Below are positions 9,738-18,853 of a stretch of 64,000 nt of DNA, one piece after another. The stretch's first letter is position 1. The number at the start of each line of letters is the position of its first letter. Source of the DNA: Candidatus Limnocylindrales bacterium (GTDB taxonomy: Bacteria > Chloroflexota > Limnocylindria > Limnocylindrales > CSP1-4). A model generated the notes under the pieces. It saw nothing but the letters and a program-made list of their open reading frames with translations. It ran no database searches and had not been told where the DNA came from. The stretch lies in the NCBI GenBank assembly GCA_050008515.1, contig JBEKMM010000004.1:83343-147342 (forward strand), in the 5' to 3' direction. The position numbers were made by a program, and so were the translations under genes.

Positions 9738-10751
9738 TTAGAGCGGTGATGCGGGAGGAGCCGTCGAGCCGCGCACCACAAGCTCCGGCTCGAAGAGCAG
9801 CTCGTCGTGAGACAGGCCGGTGCCGGAGATCTGGCTGACGAGAAGCTCGATGATCATTCGGCACATCGGCTCGATCGGCTGGCGCACCGTGGTCAGCGGC
9901 GGGTCAATCGAGTTCATCAAGGCCGAGTCGTCGAACCCTACGACCGAGACGTCCCGAGGCACGTTGAGGCCGGCCCTCTTTGCGGCGCGAATGGCGCCCA
10001 GGGCCATCGGGTCGCTGGCGCACACGATCCCCGACACTCCTGCCTCCAGCAGCCGCATGGCCGAGGCCTGGGCGCCTTCGAGCGAGTAGTGCGAATGCGC
10101 AATCTGGTCGTCGTTGAACGCAATGCCCGCTTTGGCGGCCACCACACGAGCGGCCGCGAGCTTGCGCTGGGACGGTACGTGGTCTGGCGGACCGATGAGG
10201 ACTCCGATGCGGGTGTGCCCGAGCGACAGCAGATGGCCCATGGCCTGCTCCATGGCGACGGAGTCGTCGCACGAGACGCAAGGGAAGTCCAGGCCTTTGA
10301 CGGAGGCGTTGACCAGCACGGTCGGCAGGCGCCGTGCGGCCAGGCGCGCGTAATGCTCGTGCGGTGCGTCCTCCTGGGCGTACAAGCCGCCTATGAATAC
10401 GATGCCGGAGACCTGCTGCTGCAGCAGCAGATCGACGTAGTCGGCCTCGGAGACGCCGCCGGTGGTCTGGGTGCACAGCACCGGCGTGAAGCCCCGCTGC
10501 GCCAGCGCCCCTCCAACGACCTCGGCAAAGGCCGGGAAGATCGGGTTCTGCAACTCCGGCAGCACCAGCCCCACGAGCCTGGCCCGCTCCCCGCGTAGCT
10601 TCGTGGGCCGCTCATAGCCCAGCACGTCAAGCGCGGTGAGAACAGCCTGGCGTGTCGATTCGGATACTCCGGGCTTCTCGTTGAGGACGCGGCTGACCGT
10701 CGCCTCGCTGACGCCGACCTTCCGAGCCACTTCCGCAAGTCGTTTCGACAT
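9738..10751 (-). CDS. LacI-family transcriptional regulator
   Basis: N-terminal HTH (LAEVARKVGVSEATVSRVLN) plus a periplasmic-binding-like sugar-binding core. Lies upstream of the glucosidase/ABC operon on the same strand. Confidence 0.9.
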   Translation of the reverse strand: MSKRLAEVARKVGVSEATVSRVLNEKPGVSESTRQAVLTALDVLGYERPTKLRGERARLVGLVLPELQNPIFPAFAEVVGGALAQRGFTPVLCTQTTGGVSEADYVDLLLQQQVSGIVFIGGLYAQEDAPHEHYARLAARRLPTVLVNASVKGLDFPCVSCDDSVAMEQAMGHLLSLGHTRIGVLIGPPDHVPSQRKLAAARVVAAKAGIAFNDDQIAHSHYSLEGAQASAMRLLEAGVSGIVCASDPMALGAIRAAKRAGLNVPRDVSVVGFDDSALMNSIDPPLTTVRQPIEPMCRMIIELLVSQISGTGLSHDELLFEPELVVRGSTAPPASPL

Positions 10752-11034
10752 TGTGCAATTCTACGCAAAAACTCGCCAGTCCTTGCAAGTCCCCGCGCCA
10801 CCATCCTCTCACCCGCTCAGATGGGCGCTCGGGTCCGTTCCGCTGGCCGGAGCTAGACTGGGCGGCGAGCCGGTCCTGATCAGTTGGAGGTCGAAGGGTG
10901 GGCAAGAGCGGACTCGGAAAGGCCTCCGCGGCAGAGGTGAAAGCGGCTGTCGAGAAGGCCCTGGCGGGCTTGGATAGACTCGCGGTCGCCCTTGAAATCG
11001 CGGGCTGAGCCGCTTGAACGACACGACGCCGCGG

Positions 11035-12177
11035 ATGCGGCCACGCGCCAAGTGGACCGCGTTCAGCTTCCTCGCCCTGTGGGGCTACCTGCTCTACGGG
11101 CTCGGCAACGCCACACCCTACCTTCGTGACGACCTGCGGCTGACGGCTTTCGAGGCCGGGCTGCATGCCTCGGCGCTCGCACTGGGCGTTCTCGTCGCAG
11201 GCGCGACCGCCGACATCCTCGGCCGAAGGGTCGGGATGAGCCGGCTGTTCGACCTCTCGATCGCCTACTTCGCGGTCGCGGTCGCCCTGATCGTGCTGGC
11301 CCCGGGCCTGCCGGTGTCTCTCTGCGGAGCGTTCCTGCTGGGCCTGGGGGGTGGCACGTTGGGCACCCAGGTCAACGTCGAGCTGAGCCGGTTCGGCCAG
11401 GCGCAGAGCCGGATACTCCTGTCCCAGGCCAATGCCTTCTCGATGATCGTGGCCGCGGCCGCGCCCCTCGCCATCGGCCTTGCCGCGTCAGTCCTGCACG
11501 CCTGGCATCTCGCCATGCTGCTGCCGATCGTCGGCGGCGCCGCCCTGACGGTGCTTCGGCCGCGCGAGAGAGTCGCCGCCGCTGCCGTCCACGCGCCGAA
11601 GGTCAGCCTGCCGCGCAGCTACTGGATTGTCTGGCTGCTGCTGGTCATCGGCGTGTCGATCGAGTTCTCGTTCGTGGTCTGGGGCTCGACGATCGTGATG
11701 CTCAGGACGGGAATCTCGACCGCCGACGCCACGCTGGTCGCCAGCCTCTTCGTGGTGGGCATGTTCGCCGGTCGGACGGTCGTCGGCAGCGGCGTAGGCT
11801 CGGGCCGCTCTTCGCTCGCGTTGCTGGCCGCGGGCCTGGTCGTGGTGCTGGTGGGCGCGGCTCTGACGTGGATCTCGACGACGCCGATCCTCTCCGGTTT
11901 CGGGCTCCTGCTGGGCGGCTGCGGCGTGGCGGGCCTGTGGCCGATAGGCGTGACGGTCGCCCTGCACACAGCCGGCGTGGGTCAGCTGCAGGCAGCCGCC
12001 CGGGCCACGCTGGGTGCCGGGCTGGCCATCCTGATCGCGCCGGCCACGCTGGGGCTGGCCGGCGACGCGGTCGGGATCACGGCGGCATGGCCGATCATCA
12101 TGGGCATGGCCGCATGCGGGCTGGGGGTGGTGGCCCTGGCGCACCGCATCGGCAGGCAGACCATTGCCGCGGGGTGA
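11035..12177 (+). CDS. MFS transporter
   Basis: Twelve predicted TM helices; glycine-rich MFS-like segments. ATG at 11035 (track ORF begins at TTG 11014). Confidence 0.8.
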   Translation: MRPRAKWTAFSFLALWGYLLYGLGNATPYLRDDLRLTAFEAGLHASALALGVLVAGATADILGRRVGMSRLFDLSIAYFAVAVALIVLAPGLPVSLCGAFLLGLGGGTLGTQVNVELSRFGQAQSRILLSQANAFSMIVAAAAPLAIGLAASVLHAWHLAMLLPIVGGAALTVLRPRERVAAAAVHAPKVSLPRSYWIVWLLLVIGVSIEFSFVVWGSTIVMLRTGISTADATLVASLFVVGMFAGRTVVGSGVGSGRSSLALLAAGLVVVLVGAALTWISTTPILSGFGLLLGGCGVAGLWPIGVTVALHTAGVGQLQAAARATLGAGLAILIAPATLGLAGDAVGITAAWPIIMGMAACGLGVVALAHRIGRQTIAAG

Positions 12178-12257
12178 TTGCCGGCAGGCCGGCCCCGTGC
12201 CATTCTTGAGTCAAGACGTGAGCGAATAACTCATGCGAGATAGCGGGGGAATCGTCC

Positions 12258-13532
12258 ATGCGATCCAGGCTCGGTTTCTCGGGCGCATTGGTAGTCGTCG
12301 CGCTCCTGGCGACGGGCTGCGGCAGCACCAGCCCCACGGCGAGCGGGGCGCCGCCGACCGTTGCCCCCACTCCGGTCAGCTCGCCCTCCGCGCCGAGTCC
12401 CACTGCGACGCCGGCGACGACCGCCACTCCCGTGCCCACTCCCACGCCCAGTCCCGCCAGTTGGGTCTCGGCCGGGTCGCTCAACGCCTCTCGCGGTTCC
12501 ACTCGCCTGGTCGCGCTGACCGACGGGCGGGCCCTCGTCGTCGGGGACGACAACTTCTGCGACCCAGGGCCGGCCTGGGACACGAGCATGGCGGCGGAGG
12601 TGTGGGAGGCCGGCAAGTGGGCCACCACCGGAAGCCTCAACTCGGCCCGCAATGACTTCACCGCCCAGCCGCTGGCGAACGGCCAGGCGTTCGTGGTGGG
12701 CGGCACCAACGTCGACTGGATCTCGTTCTCGAGTCCGAAGATCTGGGACCCGAAGACCGGCACCTGGAACACGTCGGGGCTGATGGCGACCGCGCGCTCC
12801 TATCCCGCGTCCGCCCTCCTCAAGGACGGGATGGTGATCGTCATCGCCGGCGAATACCGAAACCCCCCGGCGGACGCGTTCCTCGCGACCGCCGAGGTCT
12901 TCAATCCGGCTACCGGCAAGTTCGCCAAGACGGGCGCGCTCAAGGTGGCCCGCAGCGGGGCGATGGCCGTCACGCTCGCGGACGGGCGCGTCCTCGCGGT
13001 CGGCGGCTACACCGCCAAGGGCGCCGTGGCAGACTCCGAGATCTGGGACCCGACGACCGGCAAATGGGCCGCCGTCGGCGCCACGCCGATCTGGGGCGGA
13101 TCCGTTCTCGTGCCTCTGGCGGACGGCGGGGCGCTTCTCGCCGGCGGTCAGGACAAGGCTCTCAAGGGGATCGCCACGGCCTACCGGCTGGATCCCAAGA
13201 CCAACAAGTGGGCGGCCACCGGCAAGATGCTTACGGCGGCGTACGACCGCGCGGCGGCGGTGCTGACCAACGGACAGGTGCTGGTCGCCGGCGGCCTGCC
13301 CGATCATCTCAAGCCGGCAACAGCCGCCGCGGAGCTCTTCGATCCCGCGACCGGAACCTGGACCGCCACGCTGCCGATGCCGTCGGCCCGCGAGCAGTCG
13401 AGGGCCGTGCTCCTTCAGGACGGCTCGATCCTGGTCGCCGGCGGCGACGCCGGCTACTTCCCCCCGGCCCTTACCCCGTGGTGTCCCAAGGAGATCAAGG
13501 ACACGCTGCGCTACATCCCCGCGGTGCCTTGA
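12258..13532 (+). CDS. Kelch-repeat lipoprotein (beta-propeller)
   Basis: Lipobox LLATGC, Pro/Thr-rich linker, then repeated Kelch-like blades (ALxDGRxLVxGG, WDPxTGxW). Confidence 0.75.
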   Translation: MRSRLGFSGALVVVALLATGCGSTSPTASGAPPTVAPTPVSSPSAPSPTATPATTATPVPTPTPSPASWVSAGSLNASRGSTRLVALTDGRALVVGDDNFCDPGPAWDTSMAAEVWEAGKWATTGSLNSARNDFTAQPLANGQAFVVGGTNVDWISFSSPKIWDPKTGTWNTSGLMATARSYPASALLKDGMVIVIAGEYRNPPADAFLATAEVFNPATGKFAKTGALKVARSGAMAVTLADGRVLAVGGYTAKGAVADSEIWDPTTGKWAAVGATPIWGGSVLVPLADGGALLAGGQDKALKGIATAYRLDPKTNKWAATGKMLTAAYDRAAAVLTNGQVLVAGGLPDHLKPATAAAELFDPATGTWTATLPMPSAREQSRAVLLQDGSILVAGGDAGYFPPALTPWCPKEIKDTLRYIPAVP

Positions 13533-13572
13533 TCGGTCTCGACCACGCCACTTGCCGGTGGCCGATCAAGGC
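13526..13572. terminator. bidirectional terminator-like inverted repeat between convergent genes
   Basis: gccttgatcgg-N25-ccgatcaaggc with an inner hairpin gccac-ttgccg-gtggc. Sits between the Kelch gene stop and the PD40 gene stop. Confidence 0.45.
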
Positions 13573-14217
13573 TGCCAGTGCACCTCGGACGCCTTCGAGG
13601 TGCCGGGGATGGCCGTGACGGCTCCGCCGGTCGAACCGACAACGAAGATCCCGCCCGTGCTCTTGATGAAGGCGATCTTGCTGCCGTCAGGCGACCAGGT
13701 GGGCTTGGATCCCGTGCCGGCATAGATGATCATCCCGACTCCGGTGGTGGCGCTCTGCATGGTCAGATGGCTGCTGAAGATGGCAAGCGTGGCGCTGCTG
13801 GGGGACCATGCGAAATCGGTTGCCGCGCCGAAGTCCCGAATGGCGCCGCCGCTGAGGTTGCGGACGTAGAGATGGCCCGACTTCAGGTAGGCGATCTTCG
13901 AGCCGTTGGGGGAGATTTCAGCCCGCGTGGCCGTGATGCCCAAAGATGTGTAGACGCCGTCCGTGAGGCTCACCTTCAGCCACACACCGGAGGGGTTCAC
14001 AGCAAGGAGCGCCGATCCATCGGGCAGCCAGCGTCGGGGTCGCGGTCGGGGCTAGCGTCGGGGTCGCGGTCGGGGCTAGGGTCGGGGTCGCGGCGGAGGT
14101 GCCGCTCGGCAGCGCGGAAGATGTTTCGAGCCAGGGCGTTGTCCTCGCGGATCCGCAGGCCCCGACAACCAGGGAGAGAGCGGCGACAACCGCGGCCGCA
14201 CGGACGTTGTGACCCAT
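13566..14217 (-). pseudogene. PD40/WD40-like beta-propeller lipoprotein interrupted by a frameshift in a Pro-Thr repeat
   Basis: Track ORF 13918..14217 encodes signal peptide plus lipobox (LVVGAC) and a PTLAPTATPTLAPTATPTLA linker. It then runs out of frame into ORF 13566..14000, which encodes PD40 repeats (YLKSGHLYVRNLSGG, KPTWSPDGSKIAF). The 83-nt overlap lies inside a 12/24-bp tandem repeat. Confidence 0.5.
14020..14095. repeat. tandem 12/24-bp coding repeat (gtcggggtcgcg / gtcggggctagc units)
   Basis: About 5.5 alternating 12-mers encoding (PTATPTLA)n on the minus strand. Likely site of the frameshift above. Confidence 0.7.
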
Positions 14218-14370
14218 GCCACATCCCCCTTTGCCTCGGACCGGCGTCCCCGGGCCATCGGCGCCCTTGCTGGTCCGGCGGTCATGATCGCACGAGTCTC
14301 GACGCGCCGAAAGGCGGGCCGTGGCGCACGACGTCGTCGGACGTGGCGCGGCAGCGCGGCAGAAGGGGGA

Positions 14371-14445
14371 GTGGAGCCGACACTCGGATTCGAACCGAGG
14401 ACCTGTTGTTTACGAAACAACTGCTCTACCGCTGAGCTATGTCGG
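14371..14445 (-). tRNA. tRNA-Thr (anticodon CGU)
   Basis: Reverse complement GCCGACATAGCTCAGCGGTAGAGCAGTTGTTTCGTAAACAACAGGTCCTCGGTTCGAATCCGAGTGTCGGCTCCA folds as a canonical cloverleaf: 7-bp acceptor, D arm GCTC/GAGC, anticodon stem GTTGT/ACAAC with loop TTCGTAA, T arm CTCGG/CCGAG with TTCGAAT, encoded CCA. Confidence 0.9.
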
Positions 14446-14573
14446 CGCGAGCGGGATGGTATCACGACCGTTCGACGGGATCGAACCTGGCCGCGCCCGA
14501 GAGAGTCCACAGAGCAGGCAATCACGTTTGATTGGGGGAAGCCTTCCACTGCCCCGGTGGGTAGGATGTACGC

Positions 14574-16667
14574 ATGAAGACAGTCGCCCGGCTTCGCTCG
14601 TTCATCTGGCCCGCGCTCCTTGCCGGCGTGGTGCTGTTGCTCGCCGCCCCGGCGGCCCTTGCCCAGGGCCCGAAGCTCACTGACCACGTCATGGACCAGA
14701 CCGGCGTGCTCGGGTCCGACCAGTCGAGGGTGGAAGACGCGGTCACGTCGCTGTCCGGGAACGCCAACGTCGACCTGTGGGTCCTTTTCGTATCCACGAC
14801 CGGGAGCTCCACGGCCCCGGAATACGCGAAGGAAACCTTCGACTCGAACGGCCTGGGCGGGAATGACATGCTTCTCGTCGTCGCGGTCGACGATCACCGC
14901 TATGGCTGGGCGCAGCATGGGGCCGTCAGCCTCTCGGACGATCAGCTGACCGCACTTGCGAGCGACAGCCTCGACCCGAGGTTCAAGGCGGGCGATTACG
15001 CCGGTGGCGTGGTCGACTTCACCACCGCCCTCGCAGGGGCGGTCAACGCAGGGGTGAAGCCAACAGCCGCGCCGGCAGCTACAGGATCGGGGTCGGGATC
15101 GACCTCCAATGGGTCGTCGACCACCGGAGACCTCGGCACCTTGCTCGTATTCTTCGGCATCCTCGGCGCCATCTTCGTCGTCATCGTCTTCGCTTTCGTC
15201 TTCCGCTCCTGGAGGCTCTCGAAACTGACGGCCGAGGAGCGCGATAAGCGGACCGGCGATCTCGCCCGCCAGGCCAACAAGCTCCTGGTCGACACCGACG
15301 ACGCCATCACTTCCGCGAAGCAGGAGTTGGGCTTCGCCCAGGCCGAGTTCTCGGACGCCGACTGCGCCCCATTCGCGGCGGCGCTCGACAAGGCCCAGGA
15401 CGAGCTCAAACAGGCGTTCACGCTGCGCCAACAGCTCGACGACGCCACGCCCGAGGATCCCCCCATCCGGGAGAAGATGTACCAGGGCATCATCGCCCAC
15501 TGCCAGACTGCCGGCGCCGTCATCGACGATCAGGAGAAGCGGATCCAGGCCCTGCGCGACCTGGAGAAGACCGCTCCCCAGGCTCTCGACGGCCTTGCCA
15601 AAGCCATCGGCGATTTGCAGGCCCGGCTGCCTGCAATCAAGGACGCCATGAAGACCCTGTCCGGATACGCGCCTGCCGGCTGGGCGGCGGTCAAGGGCAA
15701 CGCCGAGGAAGCCGACAAGCGAGGCGCCTTCGCCGAGGATCAGATCAAGAAGGGCAAGGCCGCGCTGGCTCAAACACCGCCGAACAACGTCGACGCGGCC
15801 AGCGCCACGCGGGCCGCCCAGGAAGCAGTCGCCCAGTCCAACCAGCTTCTCGATGCGATCGAGAACCAGGCCAAGGCGCTCGAGGACGCGAAGTCGAAAC
15901 TTGAAGGCGAGCTCACCGCCGCGCAGGCCGACGTCGAGGCGGCCAGGGCCTCCGCGAACGCCGGGCCGACGGATCCGACGCTCGCCGGTCAGCTGGCCCA
16001 GGCGGCGACACAGCTGGCCCAAGCGCAAGCTCAGGCCACGGCGGCGGCACCGGATCCAATCGCGGCCCTGAAGGCCGCCCAGGCTGCCCACGCGACCGCC
16101 GACACGGTCCTCGCGGGCGAGCGCCAGGCCGCCGAGCTGAAGGCTCGCAACCAGGCGGCATTCGCCTCCGCGCGGGCGCTGGCAGTTTCCAGCATCGCGC
16201 GCGCGGACGGCTTCCTCTCGGCGCGGCGCAGCGCGATCGGACAGGAAGCGCGAACTCGGCTCGTGGAGGCCCAGCGCCATCTGGCACAGGCCGATGCGCT
16301 GGCCCCGACAGACCTTGCCGGCGCCACGAACGAAGCCCGCACGGCCGACAGCATGGCCGACGACGCCTACAACTCGGCCTCTTCGAACTTCGGCGGAGGA
16401 GGTTACGGGGGCGGCTACGGAGGCGGGTCCGGTGGCGGCTCGAACGTGGCCGGTGCGATTCTGGGCGGGATCATCGGCGGGATGCTGTCCGGCGGCGGAG
16501 GGCGCCGTGGCGGCTTCGGCGGCACGCCGTGGGGCTCCGGTGGCGGTTGGACCGGCGGCGGGAGCTCCGGCGGCTTCGGCGGCTTCGGCGGCACCCACAG
16601 CGGTGGCGGCAGTTTCGGTGGTGGCGGCGGAGGCGGCGGTACGCACAGTGGTGGCGGCGGCTGGTAG
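14574..16667 (+). CDS. TPM-domain (TLP18.3/Psb32/MOLO-1 family) membrane protein with long cytoplasmic coiled-coil and Gly-rich tail
   Basis: Signal peptide; TPM-like domain (LTDHVMDQTGVL...DLWVLFV...DMLLVVAVDDHRYG); Gly/Ser/Thr linker; one TM (LLVFFGILGAIFVVIVFAFVF); about 350 aa of Ala/Gln/Glu-rich coiled-coil; GGxGG C-terminal tail. Confidence 0.75.
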   Translation: MKTVARLRSFIWPALLAGVVLLLAAPAALAQGPKLTDHVMDQTGVLGSDQSRVEDAVTSLSGNANVDLWVLFVSTTGSSTAPEYAKETFDSNGLGGNDMLLVVAVDDHRYGWAQHGAVSLSDDQLTALASDSLDPRFKAGDYAGGVVDFTTALAGAVNAGVKPTAAPAATGSGSGSTSNGSSTTGDLGTLLVFFGILGAIFVVIVFAFVFRSWRLSKLTAEERDKRTGDLARQANKLLVDTDDAITSAKQELGFAQAEFSDADCAPFAAALDKAQDELKQAFTLRQQLDDATPEDPPIREKMYQGIIAHCQTAGAVIDDQEKRIQALRDLEKTAPQALDGLAKAIGDLQARLPAIKDAMKTLSGYAPAGWAAVKGNAEEADKRGAFAEDQIKKGKAALAQTPPNNVDAASATRAAQEAVAQSNQLLDAIENQAKALEDAKSKLEGELTAAQADVEAARASANAGPTDPTLAGQLAQAATQLAQAQAQATAAAPDPIAALKAAQAAHATADTVLAGERQAAELKARNQAAFASARALAVSSIARADGFLSARRSAIGQEARTRLVEAQRHLAQADALAPTDLAGATNEARTADSMADDAYNSASSNFGGGGYGGGYGGGSGGGSNVAGAILGGIIGGMLSGGGGRRGGFGGTPWGSGGGWTGGGSSGGFGGFGGTHSGGGSFGGGGGGGGTHSGGGGW

Positions 16668-16742
16668 CCAGACGCGATTCGCCTCCTCGGCACTTAGACT
16701 CACGTTCAACAATTCACGCGATTTGGAAGGGAGATCGAATCG

Positions 16743-17456
16743 ATGCCTCAGACGACGATCCTCGGGCGTGTCGGCCAGCTGCTCCGGGCAGACATCAACT
16801 CGCTCATCGACGGCGCCGAAGACCCGGAGAAGATGCTCGACCAGCTCGTTCGGGACTTCACCAACAACATGAGCCAGGCCGAAGACGCCGTTGCTCAGAC
16901 CATCGGCAACCTGCGCATGGTCGAGGACGATGCCAAAGAAGCGCGCGACGCCGCCGCCGACTGGGGCAACAAGGCGACCGTCGCCTCCAAGAAGGCCGAC
17001 GAGCTGCGCGCCGCCGGCAACACCTCCGACGCCGACAAGTTCGACAGCCTGGCCAAGCTCGCGCTCGGCCGCCAGATCAGCTTCGAGGCTCAGATCAAGA
17101 CTTTCGACACCCAAATCGAGCAGCAGACCGCGCTCGTAGCCCAGCTCAAGGACGGCCTCAACAAGATGACCGTTCGGCGCGACGAGCTGGTCCAGAAGCG
17201 CGACGAGCTGGTCGCTCGAGCCAAGATGGCGAAGGCGCAGACGCAGGTTCAGACGACGCTCAAGAACGTCTCGGTCATGGACCCGACGAGCGAGCTCAGC
17301 CAGTACGAGGAGAAGGTCCGGCGCCAGGAGGCGATGGCGCGCGGCATGGCCGAGGTCAACGCCAACTCCGTCGACGCGCAGTTCGCGTCGCTCCAGGGCG
17401 ACGAGGACGCAGCCGAGGTCGACGCTCGCCTGGCTGCCCTCAAAGCGGCCAAGTAG
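16743..17456 (+). CDS. pspA: PspA/IM30 (Vipp1) family protein
   Basis: N-terminal MPQTTILGRVGQLLRADINSLIDGAEDPEKMLDQLVRDF and a coiled-coil body typical of PspA/IM30. GGAAGGGAG RBS. Lies 76 nt downstream of the TPM gene. Confidence 0.9.
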   Translation: MPQTTILGRVGQLLRADINSLIDGAEDPEKMLDQLVRDFTNNMSQAEDAVAQTIGNLRMVEDDAKEARDAAADWGNKATVASKKADELRAAGNTSDADKFDSLAKLALGRQISFEAQIKTFDTQIEQQTALVAQLKDGLNKMTVRRDELVQKRDELVARAKMAKAQTQVQTTLKNVSVMDPTSELSQYEEKVRRQEAMARGMAEVNANSVDAQFASLQGDEDAAEVDARLAALKAAK

Positions 17457-17460
17457 CTCG

Positions 17461-17480
17461 GGGGCGCCCGAAGCGCCTCC
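17461..17480 (+). terminator. possible terminator hairpin after pspA
   Basis: ggcgcc-cgaa-ggcgcc-like stem-loop immediately after the stop codon. No U-tract. Confidence 0.25.
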
Positions 17481-17634
17481 GATCTCGCGACCCAACGGTG
17501 GGGCGGCGCGGCCGGCTGCCCGCTTTCGTGGCTAGCAGCTGAGACCGCCGCCGCTCCCTCCGCCTCCCAGGCCCGCCGGCACGGAGTCGAGTCCGTGGCG
17601 GACGATGTTGCGTATCTTCTTGAGCGCTCGAGGG

Positions 17635-17919
17635 TCAGCGGGTCGCGGCCATCGAGCGGAGAGCGGCTGCCTCGCCAGTCAGAAGCCCCGAACGCCACTC
17701 CAGGTATTGGGCGTGACGAGTCAGCTCTTCAGGAGAGGCGTCGGCCGCAGTCTTGGTGGGCTCGGCGCCGCGGCAGTCCTGTGGAAATTCGCCGCTGTCG
17801 TGGATTGGAATGAATGGGGGCGCGTTCACGCCAACCGGATTGACGGCGGGTGCCTCTCCGCCCATGGCCTGGGCGATCGCCTGGTCGCGGTGCTCTTGCT
17901 TCAACTCTGCAATGTCCAT
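17635..17919 (-). CDS. hypothetical small protein
   Basis: 94-aa ORF with reasonable composition (MDIAELKQEHRDQAIAQAM...). No homology recognised. Confidence 0.35.
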   Translation of the reverse strand: MDIAELKQEHRDQAIAQAMGGEAPAVNPVGVNAPPFIPIHDSGEFPQDCRGAEPTKTAADASPEELTRHAQYLEWRSGLLTGEAAALRSMAATR

Positions 17920-18061
17920 CGAGTCTCCTTGACGCTCACCGCGATGCCACGGCGACGCCGGAGGCCAAGGCGGACCTCCGGTGCCGATGAGGACCGTGTC
18001 TGCGGCCGTCCGCGCGTCTGCGGAGCCTGAGGGGGATAGGGTCTGTCAGATAGCCCGGCCC

Positions 18062-18130
18062 TCAGCGACGGCTGAAGCTGAACCCGCCGAAGAGCAGGAG
18101 AAGGATGACGAAGATGAGGAGCAGTTCCAT
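18062..18130 (-). CDS. candidate 22-aa hydrophobic membrane peptide (not in ORF track)
   Basis: Minus-strand ATG at 18128-18130 preceded by gaaagaagg. Encodes MELLLIFVILLLLFGGFSFSRR, stop at 18062-18064. Lies 114 nt downstream of the response-regulator gene. Confidence 0.35.
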   Translation of the reverse strand: MELLLIFVILLLLFGGFSFSRR

Positions 18131-18244
18131 GGGATACCTTCTTTCGCCCTCAGGCTGCGCCTCCTGAGCCGACGGCGCGAGGATGGAAACCCTCGCTGTC
18201 ATCGCCGGGTGAAGAGGGGGCGGGGCGGCAAGGTCCGCGACGGG

Positions 18245-18853
18245 CTAGCGATCCCCCTCGATCCAGCCCTGCCGCTGGGCCACGCGCACGAGCGACGTCC
18301 GGCTCGTCACGTCGTAGCGATCGAACATCCTCCTGAGCTGGCTCTCGACGGTCTTGACGCGGAGGGACAGGCGTTCGGCGATCTCGGAGTTGGCGTGGCC
18401 CTCGGCCACGAGCGCCAGGATCTGGGCCTCGCGCGGCGTCGGCAGGCGTAGAGCCGTGCGTGCGGCTCGGCGGACAGCGTCCGGGAAAGCCGTGCCCCCA
18501 GCGGCGACCGTTCGCACGGCTGTGACGATCTGTCCGATGCTCGCCATCTTCGAGAGATAGCCCTTCGCCCCGTGCTCGACCGCGGCGACGTAGTAGCTCG
18601 GATAGGAGTACGCGCTCAGCATGATGAACGCCGGGCCCGGCGTGTGGCGGGCCAGGATCTCGAGGCCGTCCACCGTCCCGGCCAGGCGGATATCGCACAG
18701 GATGACGTCGGGGGATTGGGCCTCGATCAGGCGGTCGGCTGCGATGCTGTCCTGCGCTGTCCCAACAACGGTCACGTCGAGCTCGCCGCCCAGAAGTGCC
18801 GTGAGCCCCTCGGCGATCGCAGGATGATCCTCGATGATCGCGAGCCGGATCAC
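18245..18853 (-). CDS. LuxR/NarL-family response regulator (REC + HTH)
   Basis: REC domain (IEDHPAIAEGL...ILCDIRLAG) and a C-terminal LuxR-type HTH (REAQILALVAEGHANSEIAERLSLRVKTVESQL). Start overlaps the HK stop by 4 nt. Confidence 0.9.
   Translation of the reverse strand: MIRLAIIEDHPAIAEGLTALLGGELDVTVVGTAQDSIAADRLIEAQSPDVILCDIRLAGTVDGLEILARHTPGPAFIMLSAYSYPSYYVAAVEHGAKGYLSKMASIGQIVTAVRTVAAGGTAFPDAVRRAARTALRLPTPREAQILALVAEGHANSEIAERLSLRVKTVESQLRRMFDRYDVTSRTSLVRVAQRQGWIEGDR

Noticed and set aside
14020-14095. Short tandem repeats considered as a possible CRISPR array (also the (PT)n-coding repeat at 58590..58700)
   Set aside because: Units are 12/24 bp or 6 bp with no unique spacers, and they lie inside coding sequence as Pro/Thr linkers.
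14076-17495. 1139-aa minus-strand ORF spanning the tRNA, the TPM-domain gene and pspA
   Set aside because: It is antisense to two well-supported genes and a tRNA. Its composition is Arg/Gly/Ala-rich, typical of spurious ORFs in 70% GC DNA.
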